DNA of 64,000 nt, from assembly GCA_000320545.1 (NCBI GenBank), contig ADNK01000542.1, forward strand, positions 1 to 64,000, in the 5' to 3' direction. This DNA comes from Bigelowiella natans CCMP2755 (taxonomy: Eukaryota > Protista > Cercozoa). Every line of letters starts with the position of its first letter. The stretch's first letter is position 1. The position numbers and the translations under genes are program-made. Below, piece after piece: positions 13,679-25,713 of the stretch. A model generated the notes under the pieces. That model was not told the DNA's origin and made no database searches. It was given only the letters and a program-made list of their open reading frames with translations.

Positions 13679-13904
13679 CGATGATTGTGAAACTACACGG
13701 CTATAACTAAAATGACAGCTCACACGACAACATCTACCCACCACACACACACCCACACACACACACACACACACGCAATATAAAACATAATCAGATTGCA
13801 AGCCTTCATAGTTGCGTGGACCCTTTTACCGATGGGGATTCGAGAGTTGTGCTGCATATACAAGGTGCTGCTGCTGCTGCTGCTACTGGTGGTGGTGGTG
13901 GCAG

Positions 13905-13953
<49 letters not shown>

Positions 13954-14016
13954 GGTTGCTTACGATAATGATGACGACGACTTCGACAACAACAAGAACA
14001 ACTATAATGATAATGG

Positions 14017-14050
<34 letters not shown>

Positions 14051-14493
14051 AGTGGTCGTGATGATAGTGATTTGTCGCAATGGCTCTTCCTCGTTGCCAC
14101 TTCATCCAATTTCACCCGTCCTTCCAACAAATCGTGCTATCACGTACCCGAATACATAAAAAGGCGAGGATGATTTCAAGTCCGGAGGACTGATGAGAAC
14201 AGGGAGGAAAGGTAATCAGCATCGAAGCAACTTACAGAGAAGAAAACAGTTCCAAACGACCTGTGCTCGAATGATTGATTGCTGTGACAATAGTCGCCTG
14301 TTCTTCCTGCAATCCAGTAGCAGTAGCGAGAATGATGACGCATTGGTTTTCTTACACCTGCACGAGCACTCAGCACAACTCGTATCGAGCATCATATGTA
14401 CGCATGCAATCGTCGTTCAAGATGACTCGTCGCGGCGCTCGGCCCGATCTCATGCCCAAGTTCTTCTCGCAAATATATATTTATATGAATTCT

Positions 14494-14539
<46 letters not shown>

Positions 14540-15431
14540 TAATATATGTGATATATTTATGATGTATACCCTGCGATAACTGGGCAAAGCAGGTGAATCT
14601 GTTGTTCCTCCGACCTACTTCAAGGTGGTTTTGTTGTGCGTGCTTCCTGTATCGTCAATATACTAGCAAGGCAGTCTTCGAAATACTCCGTATATTACTT
14701 TTGCCCTCCTCGCTTGACGACGCTGCTTTCTCAATCAGGTGAACAAGTGGACAAGTCCGTTTCAGAGCATCGTGGATACCTATGGAATCGCCCGCTATCG
14801 AGTACTGTGCTATGACACTTAAAAAACCGAACAGGGGGAGAGGGGAGAGGGGAGGGGGGGGATATCCTGCTGCTTCTGCCAATACTGATGCGTGATATTT
14901 TTCTCAAAAACAATCTCCCACTAAAGGAGGTGAATCCGGGAGCCTTTACAATCGTAACCTTCCCCTTCACGTTCGGAGTCATGTACGGTGCGTGTGGAGT
15001 AGCGTATGGAGAGATCAGAGTTGTCCACGAACAACAGAGACGGGGGGAGATAACAAAAGGAGTAAAAAGAAGGAGGGGGGCGGGAAGGGGGGGGGTAGAA
15101 GGAAAAGGGAGGGGGGGGGGGTGGGGGAAGCGTGGTAGATACTGTCCCAGCAGTGTACAAACGTTTCTTTGCAGCCCGCCTCTCTCCTCTACATGCTCAG
15201 CCCCTCTTTTGCACATAAATTATACGACGGCGGTGACGATTCACTGCCGCTGCCTCACCATGTGTCTTAGGTGATATGGGCCATGGATTCCTCTTGATGG
15301 TCGGAGCTTTATGGCTGATATGGAGCGAAAAACGACTGTTGAAGGAGGACCTTCGGGGACAGCTGCCAGAGCTGCTTGCTTACCCGTTTCATGCGAGATA
15401 TGCTCTCCTTCCGATGGGGTGGGAGAGTAGC

Positions 15432-15462
<31 letters not shown>

Positions 15463-16696
15463 TAGCTGCGATAACGATGATGAGGATGATGAGGATGACG
15501 AGGATGATGATGATGATGATGCTTATGCTTTGAATGCAACGAATTCCAAAGACCATACCGACGATGATGACGACGGTAGTGTACGTTGAATGATGGCTAT
15601 AAAGAAAATCCTCCTCCTTGCTATTTGTCTGATGATGCAGAGTCTTCGCCCTGTACTGTGGGTCGATCTACAACGATTGCTTATCGGTAGTAACAACAAC
15701 ATCCAACAGTGCTGACGTTACTTTCAGCTGTACAGCACTTTGGAAAATTTCCGCTAATTGGACACTCACCTCCCCCTCCCCCCCCCCCCTTCCCTTCATG
15801 TCCCCTCAGGTCCCCCTCCCGCTGTTCAATTCGAGTTGGGTACAAAGGGCAAATGCGACGTATGCAGTAGCTGCTGGCTTTTCTCCATCATCGTTCATGG
15901 GGGCGGCTAATAACAGCTCATCCTCCTCGTACATACCGTATCCTTACGGTGTCGATCCTGGTACTAAGCTGTGAAACAGGGAGGGGGGGGGGGGGGGGGG
16001 GGTAGACAGAAAGTGTGAAGTATGCGTTGGGGCAATAGATGGAGGCGTTCAATCAGTGATTTCTTGTCATCTCCTTGATGTATCCCAACCCTCCTTCCTT
16101 CGTTGCTTCACTTCTGTGTGCATTATCATCATCATCATCATCATCATCATCATCGTCGTCGTCATCATTATCAATGCTGTATACGCACAAAATAATTACC
16201 ATCAAATGGCCACAGGGTGGTATCATACCGAGAACGAGCTTGCCTTCTTCAATTCGTTGAAGATGAAGATGTAATTAGTAGGAATAGTAGTAGTAGTAGC
16301 AGCAGCAGCAGCAGCAGTAGCACAATCTCCCTGTACCCCCAAAACCGAACGACCGATCCAAAGCTTCATGATAGCCAATTACTGCATCGCATTCTTGATC
16401 GTTAATCTTCTGCCAGAGCGTTTTTGATGATGTTGGTTTGGTGTATTAAGGTCCGTTATCTTCGGCGTGACACATATGATGCTCGGGATTTGCCTCTCTG
16501 CTGCAAACCACGGTATATCAATCAATCCCTCCTGTTGTCCTTCCTCCTCCTCCTCCTCCTCCTCCTCCTCCTCTTCCTCACCCTTTGAGCGTGATAAGCT
16601 TCTCCATCGTCTTGCTACTGAGCATTTGATGACGACGACGATGATGATGATGATAAATCAAATTATGATGATGATGACGAACGATGACAATGATGT

Positions 16697-16734
<38 letters not shown>

Positions 16735-17268
16735 CACTAGTTTACTTCGGGGACAGAATCAGTCTTTGGTGCGTGATAAGATAAAAAGCAGAGAGAATGA
16801 GAAATAAGAATGATGCAGATGCTTAAAACTCTTCCAAACCGCTGTCAAGTTGTTTGCTAGAGAGCTTGATAGTAGGAATGCGGCAGAAAAATTAAAGGAG
16901 GGCACAATAAATAATGCTAACAGCAGCAACACTAGGGATTGTAGTAGTGCCTTTTTCATTCTTACGTCTATTTCTTGTAATTAAGTAGAAGATATCAGAT
17001 GCTGTAGCAATATAATTCAAAACACATTAGCAAGGATGGGGGGGGGGGGGGGGGGGGTTGAACAAAGGTTGATTTGCTGGTGGTGTTATTAGCATGCTCT
17101 CTGTGATGTTGTCCTCCTTCTCCTCCTCCTCTCCTCCTCCTCCTCATCATCATCATCATCACCATCACCATTGTAGGTGGGAATGGGTTCCTCGAGTGCT
17201 TTTCATGATGTCAACCTTTGGGTAACTAACTACTACTACTACTCCTTCTCCTCCTCCTCCTCCTCCTC

Positions 17269-17299
<31 letters not shown>

Positions 17300-19599
17300 G
17301 AGAGCCGTAGTAGTCATCATCATCATCATCATCATCGTCGTCGTCGCCATTGTTCTTCTTCTTCTTCCTCTTTGCCATTGACGTATCCTCATTATCATCC
17401 ATGCAATGCATACCACCACCACCACACTTGGCAAAGGTACATGTGCTTCATGATCGTGTACAAGTGGACGGTGGACTATGGCTGCCAAAACGGGTGAGAG
17501 AAGACGAAGGAGCGCGCGAGGGGGGGAGAGGAGAGCGACGAGGGTTAATCGGCTGTTCGCAACAGCGATCGAGGGCGCCATGTATGAATATATATATCTA
17601 TATATTCATACATGTATATGTTATACAGCGACGGCGAGCATTTGACGTGTCCAAACGGCCAGCCTCCCTCTTTGATCCAAACGATGATTAAGATGTTCTT
17701 GTCGCCAGGCAACGTGGAGAACCCACTGTAATATGATGATTTGCATGCGGAAAGTCTGCATTACAACTTCTTCATCCTCCTCCTATACGACGTACAATGC
17801 AGCAGCACCAAACAGATCAGCTTTCTCATTGAATCGAGACGTATTTATTTCTCTTCTACCTCCGTGCCCCCCCCCCCCCCGTCCTCTAGCCCCTCCCTTT
17901 TTGGTGCACTTGTGATTTGATGTCATCTTGTTCCGCTGATATCGATGTTTGCTTTTCCCTGCTGTCTGTCGTGTATGTTAGATATGAGGGACAAGCAGGA
18001 TTCCAAGTAATAAAAACATAAAATAGTGTACAATAGAGTAGCAATTATCGTGGTGAAACCACAGATGATTTTCCACATCGTGACGAGCCCTGGGGGGGGG
18101 GGGGGGGGGGGGGAGTCGATAGTCAGTGTGGAAGTATGAGTCGTGGTGGTTTTGACGATGATGAAGATGATGCTGCAAAGTTGATATATTGGTGTTGTAT
18201 TGCTGCTGTAGGTGTTCTTAATCTTGGTGGCACTTCTCTCGGTCCCCGGTAGGAGCAGTAGTAGTAGTAGTAGTAGTAGTAGTAGTTTCTTTTTATATAT
18301 AATCCCTCGCCTCTGCTCTGCTTGCAATGATGCAGTGAGGCAGCAGCAGGATACGCTTTTCGTGCGTGTGTGTGTGTGTGTGTGGATGTTATATACGTTT
18401 CTTATCTGCAGTGTTTTCATCTCAGTGATGCTGTTCGTCAAGCCTCTGATGCTAGTGCGGCGCAACGGCCAACAACATCGACGGGGGAGGGGGAGAGAGG
18501 ACTATCAAGTACGATCGATGAATGAATGATCATCTGAAAAATGTCAAACACGCTACCTAGTTGGTGTGGGTGGTGGTGGTGGTGGTGGTGGTGGCACATA
18601 CCCTGCAATGAGAATGAAATGGAGACCTTCGAATTTGATTTCCAGGCGATATGTAGTACCGAGGATAGATGCTTCTCTCTCTCTTCCGTCTGAGAGAACT
18701 TCGCTTGCCTTTTCCCACCACTTTCCATTCTCACCCCCCCCTCTCTGAACCATCTATCAAAGGCGATAGGAGGAGCTGCCGATGATAACTCATGGAGCGC
18801 CTTAACGCCTGGAATCAACAATGAGGTCCTTCATCAAACATGTATATATGTGCTCTCTTCCCCTCCCCTTTTATAAAATACAAATTGCGATGGAGATGAT
18901 GGGTAACAGTCCCTTCCACTGCCGACAATTGAAAGGAGGGGGATGACGAAGAGAAGAAAAGCTTTTCTGGCGAGCGAGACCACGACGATGATCACGAGGT
19001 GCTATAGAGTTTGCGCACATACATAGTGATAGGAAGAGTGGTGGTGATGGTGGTGGTGACGTTAGATAATAGATACGCCGCCGCTGGATTTAGCTGATAC
19101 CTCATATTAACGTTCTATGCACTGAGTCTACAAATCGTCTGGATCAATAGGAGGCGGAGAGCTTCGCAGAAATGCTGATACACTCAGGAATACACACGAT
19201 TGAATTCGTGCTCGGGTTTGTTATGCCTATATCTTCTCTTCTGCTGCCACGCGACAACCTGTAGCCCCCCTCCATACTTTGCGGCGGCGATGATACTACC
19301 GAAAAACATCTGTGATTTCTGGTCCCGAGACGCGTTGTTGTTGAAGAGCCCAGATCATATAAATCTTCATCCTTCTTCCTCCTCCTCCTTCCTCCTACCT
19401 CTCCCATTTCTTCTTCTTCTTATTATTATAATTATTATTCTTTTGTTCTCTCATTAGGTGCGTCTCGAACACCGCTTCATATTTGAGGTCAGTCACAGTT
19501 GTGGGGGGCGCGGTGGGGGAGAAGGGAGAAATTAGAGAGAGAAGAGAGAATTAGGGAAGGGAGAGGATACAAGGAGACATTGTTTCATTCTTGCATTAT

Positions 19600-19633
<34 letters not shown>

Positions 19634-19776
19634 CTATCAACATCATCATCATCATCACCATCATCATCCTGCTTATTCTTGTCTTGGGGGCATGCATTAG
19701 TCTTTTAATAACAAAACCGATTGGCTCCTTCACCGCGTGCATGCATTCACGCGTCGTGCATGTGTGTTCTCTAATC

Positions 19777-19814
<38 letters not shown>

Positions 19815-19942
19815 GTGGTCTCAATGATGACCTGTTTGCTATTACTACCATAGGTTGTGGGCGCTCAGTTTGGCTCATGCACAACTTGCCAAGGTTTTTT
19901 GGTCCAAGTTCATCATCGAGGTAGTAGCAGAAAGAGATGGGC

Positions 19943-19980
<38 letters not shown>

Positions 19981-20157
19981 CCTATTCTCGCTAGTACCGC
20001 TGAGGGTTCTCTCGCTCGCTCTACACTGTCGTGTTCTTCTTCGTCGTCATCTCGTTAGTCTTCTGAGGCAATATAAAAGCACCCATTCCGCTGCCGTAGT
20101 AGCAAAGCAGCGATCTTCCTCCCTTATTCTGAATGAATGATCATCACCCCCATCCGC

Positions 20158-20214
<57 letters not shown>

Positions 20215-21977
20215 TGTGTGTGTTTGTGCTCGTGCATCAGTACGGTGTAGGAGGGCAGAACCCTATCTTCATCATAGGCGGATATAGCGTTTGGTTCTTC
20301 GCCACGGTTGCCGTCCTTCTGTGTATGGTACGTGCGAAGAAGCGCACAAGCAGCAGCACACGCTATAATAATTACCGGCTTTGAAAGAGAAATATGAAAG
20401 CAATGTACACTGTGTTAACGTTCCGCGCTCGCGCGAGCGGTTACGATATATAGCTGGAAATGAGACAGAGAACTGACCGCATTTCGCCTCAGGATCTTCT
20501 CGAGTGTTTCCTACATGCCCTTCGTCTGCATTGGGTCGAATTTCAGGTCTGACTTATCACGATGATGCAAACGCTGCCAGCACAAAGCAACACCGATAGG
20601 TTTATCGCTGATCGTATGTTAACTCTTTCCCCCAGAACAAATTTTACAACGGAGATGGAATCAAGTTCAAGCCTTTCGAGCTTCCCATAAGCGCTGAAGA
20701 ATTTAGGGCCAGTGACGACTAAAAACATACAGATCGCTTCTTCCAAGTGTGGCATCATGCATAGAAGCAACGATGATATAGACAAATTACATTGTAGCCT
20801 TTACAATCGTGCACGTGTGTGCGTATGACTGTTAAGCTATATGAATGATTTTTAATACTGCTCTAGTTTTCATCTAGTTTATCTTTTCCTGCAGGAGGAT
20901 AGCTACTGCGAGATCCATTTGCTCTCGTTCGCGAGTCGCATGCCATGCCTATGCTTTGTTTGGTGCCATCGTGAGGGAAGATGTGTGCAGCATGTAAGAT
21001 TGCTATTGAATTATCAACTAAATTAATTAAAGCGATCTGCTTATGCATGTGCGATAGAAACTGCTTAGTCGCGTGCCTAATGTCGCGTACATTGCTAGAT
21101 TGTGCAGCGAGTGTATAAGTTAATTTCTAGATGTATTGTTCGCAGTCTTACTAATGCACGCGCGCAGGCTGGCAGGATGCACGATCAACATCATGCACAC
21201 AGCTAGACAGTGCACTTTTGAAGTGTGCTACGTACATGTAGCAGCTACGTACGAGCACGACACATGTTGCATGGCATTGCATACTACAAATTCAATTTTG
21301 TGAAAATTTATTCATTACATATCTCGCATGCGCTGTCGCGCATGCTAGCATGCGTACACCTATACTATATCTAGCTAGGTAGCGGCGTGTTGCATGCAGC
21401 AACATGGTGTGATACAATTGACAGAAGCATAACAATCAGTAATGCATCCGTTTCATGTAAGCTATGACGAACATGCTCATGTGATTCTCATCACGTCTAT
21501 CTGTATTGACATGTTGCTTTTACATATAAATATTCACATCCGACTTGTACATGCATGCCAGGCTGTACATGTCTCGTTATCATTACACTCCCTTGCTCAC
21601 GTGGTATGCTGCTTGCGCCAGCTTGGGCATTGCTATGGCTGATTAAAAGCGACAAACATTATTAGAATATCACGCTCGTTGGATTGAATATTAGAGAACA
21701 CCTCACCTAGATTTTCCTTCACAGCTTTCGGCCTCCCCTGATAAATGCACAATCGTGTACAATTACCTTCTAATAATTCCCTTTTTTCATGCAAGAGGGC
21801 GACCGCAAAGTTGACTCAGAACCCCCCCCCCTTCCCCACGATTGATGATCGATATTGGCTACCACAACGTACCGGGAGATTGAACACAAGCGTTCGTTTC
21901 CGACTCCCGGCCACAGCACGAGACAGCAGAGAAAACGGCTCAAACCTGAAGCAGCGGGGGGAACGTGTGATCCAACG

Positions 21978-22031
<54 letters not shown>

Positions 22032-23493
22032 AACAAGCAAGCACGAAGCAGCTACTTGACGACGCTCCATGCGATACTGTTGATGATGGAACACAGTGTC
22101 CTTCGTCGTGGTTTTTGGTTAAACAACTTCCGTCCAAATACCTTGTAGCTTCTAGGGTAATACATGCCGCCAACGCAGTTGCCATCTTGTCTAATACTGG
22201 AAAAAATTATGATAAATCACACGAGTCAATCGAATGATAAAAGCAGGGCAGCCCTTCTGGACGAAGCAACAACGCATTTAGGCAATGATCGGCGTTCGTA
22301 GCTGCTTTTCCCCCGTAGCGCTCATATTTCTACATTAAGTGTCTGGTTGCTGGCTAAGATGACAATCAGCAAATGTCGCAAGTCTGCACAAATCTTTTTA
22401 TTTTTGTGCTTTGATGCTGCTCTCATATCGAATATGAAGAAATGAAATCGCTCCATGCTCTCTTAAAATCGGACTTTTATCCTCCAAAAATCAAAGCAGA
22501 AACACGAACTATTTTTTCCTTGAATTTCTGTCCTTCGGCACCGCTAGCCATCTGCCGTGTTGCGCGGGACAAGAAATCGACTATCACTGTGCTTTTCAAT
22601 GCCGCCATAGGCAACCCTTGAGGCCTTCGGTTTCAGGAAAAAAAATGAAGCGAAAATAAGGAAGAAGACATTGCATACCTTTCTTTGTTGCTTCTGGTGT
22701 TACATCGCGCTTCGCAAAGCCAGTTCCCCCAGTGGTGAGAATCATCGTGGGCGCATCGTCATCCTTCATATCTGCCCAAGCTCGAATGGCCTCGGATATG
22801 CTACTTTCGTCGTCTGGAACAATCTTTGGTAGAGAATCAGCACAGCGTTATTGCATTGTGCACGTGAGGAGTCTTTGCCATTGCAGCAGCTGATTCTATC
22901 GTTATATAACCGATAATAGACTAGTGATGTGTGTTACTTATGATGGCACCTTCTTGGCGATTACGTGGACGGCATTCCCCGACTCTGAGGCATACTGGGA
23001 GGAAAAACAGCACAAGGAGTGCAACATCAGGAACGCAGCTTGACGATGCGAAGAGGAAGAAGAAGAAGAAGAAGAAGAAGAAGAAGAAGAAGAAGACAGA
23101 GAAGGGGGAGGAGGAGGAGCAGTAGCAGTAGGAAGAGGAGTGATTGTTATTTTCTCTAGTATCTTCTGCTTTCTTAGAAGAAAGTGCGGCTTATAATGCG
23201 TTATGCTGTGCTGTTCATCGAATCATCCTCCTTAACCTTGATCACTCCGGATTCTACTGCAGGCCCTGATTGGTCTTCGTAAGTTCCTTCTGATGCTCGA
23301 TCACTCACCGTCAAAACTGCAACGCTAAGAATGTGGAGAAGGGGGAGGAGGACAAAAATTGGGACCAGATTAGGATAATGATGAGCATGATGACAACGTG
23401 ATGATGACAGCGATCATGATAACGGCGACGATACTTATTGAGGATGGAAAAGATGAGCCATACCTATGTACCAACCACATGTACACACAAACA

Positions 23494-23532
<39 letters not shown>

Positions 23533-25050
23533 CACACACAGGCAGGCATATGGATGTGTAGCTATAGGTGGGGAAAAGCACACGCGACGAGCTGCACTTC
23601 TCATCTTTCCACAGGAAGAATGTAGAGATATGAACAACATTAGCAGCAGCAGCACCACCACCACCACCACAACTACTACTACTACCGAATTTTGAAGTCA
23701 GAGGGAATTCGAGCAGGGTGCCTCGTCATTCCGACACATTCTCCGAGTATCTGATTCATTGTGCTTGCCCCTCCCGTTGTTGTTGTTGTTGCTGCTGCTG
23801 CTGCTACTGAGGCTGCTACATCGTCGGTGGAACGACAGCACACGTCCGACAAGTTGTTCCCAGGATGAGCTGCCGGTCTAGAAGATGAGGATGATGATGC
23901 TGCTGCTGCTGCTGATGCTGATGATACCGTTGCTGCTGTCCTTGCTTGTGATGATGTTGTTGTTGAATTCGGCTTATTCTTTTTTTCCCCACCGCCTCCC
24001 CTTCCTCCATCCTTTGGCTTCTTCTTTTTCGCGGCTTTTGCAGCCTGCAGGAAAGAGGAAAGGTTAGCCTCCCTCACCCCAGAGAAATCATCACGATAAT
24101 GATATATCCGTCATAGTGAGAACGAACGTCTTATTGTGTGCGACCTGCTCAACTTCGGGTGGATGGGAAGCGTGAAGAGTAGCCGTGCTCTTGTACAACT
24201 TCATCTGAGGGAATAATTAACACAACAAAGGATCCTAAATCTGTTCTTCGCCCCCCCTCCCTCCCATATGTAATATCCACATCGTTTATGCTGGAGGTGA
24301 AGCATATCACTATTTTGGAATAATCACCTCAAGCAACAGTCGTTAAAGTAGCTACATTTGCATAATAAACGCAGCAATCATAGAAATGTTGGTATATGTA
24401 CGAAAGGCACACACCTGCTCATCAGTCGCCTTTGCCTGGAACTTCTTCTTCCATTGATTGTATTCCATCCCATAAATTGTATGCAGGCACTGGTTATAGT
24501 CAGCGGCTCCTTTGAAGCGTAGCCTTCCCGCGAAGATCCACTAGCAACAAGTGAACAGCATTTTCCCGTCAGTAAACGATGCCTTCACGTCGTTCGCTTG
24601 CAAGTTTCAAAACCAGATACGGAGGCAGGGAGGGGGGCGAGGAGGAGGAGGAGGAGGGAGAGGAGGAGGAGGGAAGAAAATACCTTTGAGAGACAGTTGC
24701 GACAAAATCCTGCTAGGTTCATTTGGTCGATATTCTATCGGGTATATGATCATTTGACATAATTAAAATTGCAGCATTGGAGAAGTAAGTCATCATGAAT
24801 TTTGACGACGTTCGATTTCCACATCCTTACAAATCCTCATCATCATCACATTTCCATCTATAATCCATCTTAATGATACTAGTATATCTTATTAACCCTC
24901 GCTTCCCTCATCATCATCATCATCATCCTCATGAAGATAACCAGCATTTACATCTCATTTCCGGAAGCCAGCCCCCTCGCTCCCTCCTCCCCCACCCCCC
25001 TCCCGACTTATCTTCCTCCCCTTCTTCTCCATCTCCTCCATGACCAACCT
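8888..25050. repeat. Microsatellite-dense block: (TG)n, (TA)n, (GA)n, (CAT/GAT)n, (GTA)n, (GAA)n and poly-G in most introns
   Basis: Examples: (AT)n 10087-10144, (GT)n 10151-10224, (GAT)n ~13375-13440, G-runs 15983-16002, 17038-17057 and 18092-18113, (GAA)n ~23050-23095. Confidence 0.95.
9573..20722 (+). CDS. ATP6V0A: V-type H+-ATPase V0 subunit a, roughly 35-38 small exons
   Basis: Conserved motifs occur in order across exons: LFRSEEMRYV (~9590), RISRGN, GWVP, PPTYFK|VNKWTSPFQSIVDTYGIARYR|EVNPG..FPFTFGVMY|GDMGHG, PYPYGVDP, NELAFFNSLKMKM, IHTIEFVLG|CVSNTASYLR|LWALSLAHAQL, FLHALRLHWVEFQ|NKFYNGDGIKFKPF. Stop TAA at 20720-20722. The start codon is approximate. Confidence 0.93.
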
Positions 25051-25156
25051 GGACATCCGTCCGAGCCTGCATATGCTTGACAAGTTGCTGGAAAGCATAT
25101 GCCTGTGCTCGGATCTCCGCGAGTTCATACTGTGATGAGCTGTTTTCGTTCGCCAT
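21583..25156 (-). CDS. Fusion protein: N-terminal DUF1244 (CRNC) + low-complexity linker + MogA/Cnx1G-type molybdopterin adenylyltransferase domain, ~12 exons
   Basis: Exons 25156-25049, 24734-24684 and 24540-24415 give [23 protein letters not shown]|[17 protein letters not shown]|[22 protein letters not shown] (DUF1244 pattern). Downstream exons give IR|[21 protein letters not shown]..|[24 protein letters not shown]..|[18 protein letters not shown]|[10 protein letters not shown]|..KGV*. Splice phases are compatible throughout. Confidence 0.87.
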
Positions 25157-25504
25157 CTGTACATGGTTGTAAACACCGCCGCTCATAATAGACAATGGCT
25201 CTACGCAACAGGGAATTCCAGTGTAAACCTTGTGAAGAGTGGTTGCAAGGAGTTTGGAGAGAGAACGAAAGAAGGGGCTGGCCTTGCTCGAGTGTCGCGT
25301 CCGGTCGTCTTCTTTACTTGCTGTACTCCGATGCAAATAAAAGGCAAAAGTGTGAATATTTTCTATCATACGTCATGATATTTTCATTGTCGCAGGATTC
25401 AAAACCTTCAATTTGTAGATGTTAAGGTAAATTGGAGACAGATGGATCAATTTAATACAAATTTGCAGGTTCTCAACAACTTTAACATATTATAAGCAAT
25501 CTTA

Positions 25505-25586
25505 GACGCCTTGTCCGAGCGGTTAAGGAGAATGACTAGAAATCATTTGGGCTTTGCCCGCACAGGTTCGAATCCTGTAGGCGTCG
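25505..25586 (+). tRNA. tRNA-Ser (anticodon AGA)
   Basis: Acceptor stem GACGCCT/AGGCGTC with G discriminator. Anticodon arm AATGA-CT-AGA-AA-TCATT (AGA at 25538-25540). Long variable arm GGGC-TTT-GCCC, T-loop GGTTCGAATCC, oligo-T Pol III terminator at 25590-25595. Confidence 0.97.
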
Positions 25587-25713
25587 ATCTTTTTGCTACA
25601 TTTCCAACTCGTGTGATCTTTGGTTACGACAGCTCTTGCTGGCATATTTTGCGTTGTTCGTAGGGCATTTTTGCACTATTTTTTACAACGCTCAATCCCG
25701 GGACTGCCAGGGA

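Noticed and set aside
8400-24100. Dozens of short ORFs with poly-H/M/I/S/CV/YI
   Set aside because: These are translations of intronic microsatellites or alternative frames of real exons.
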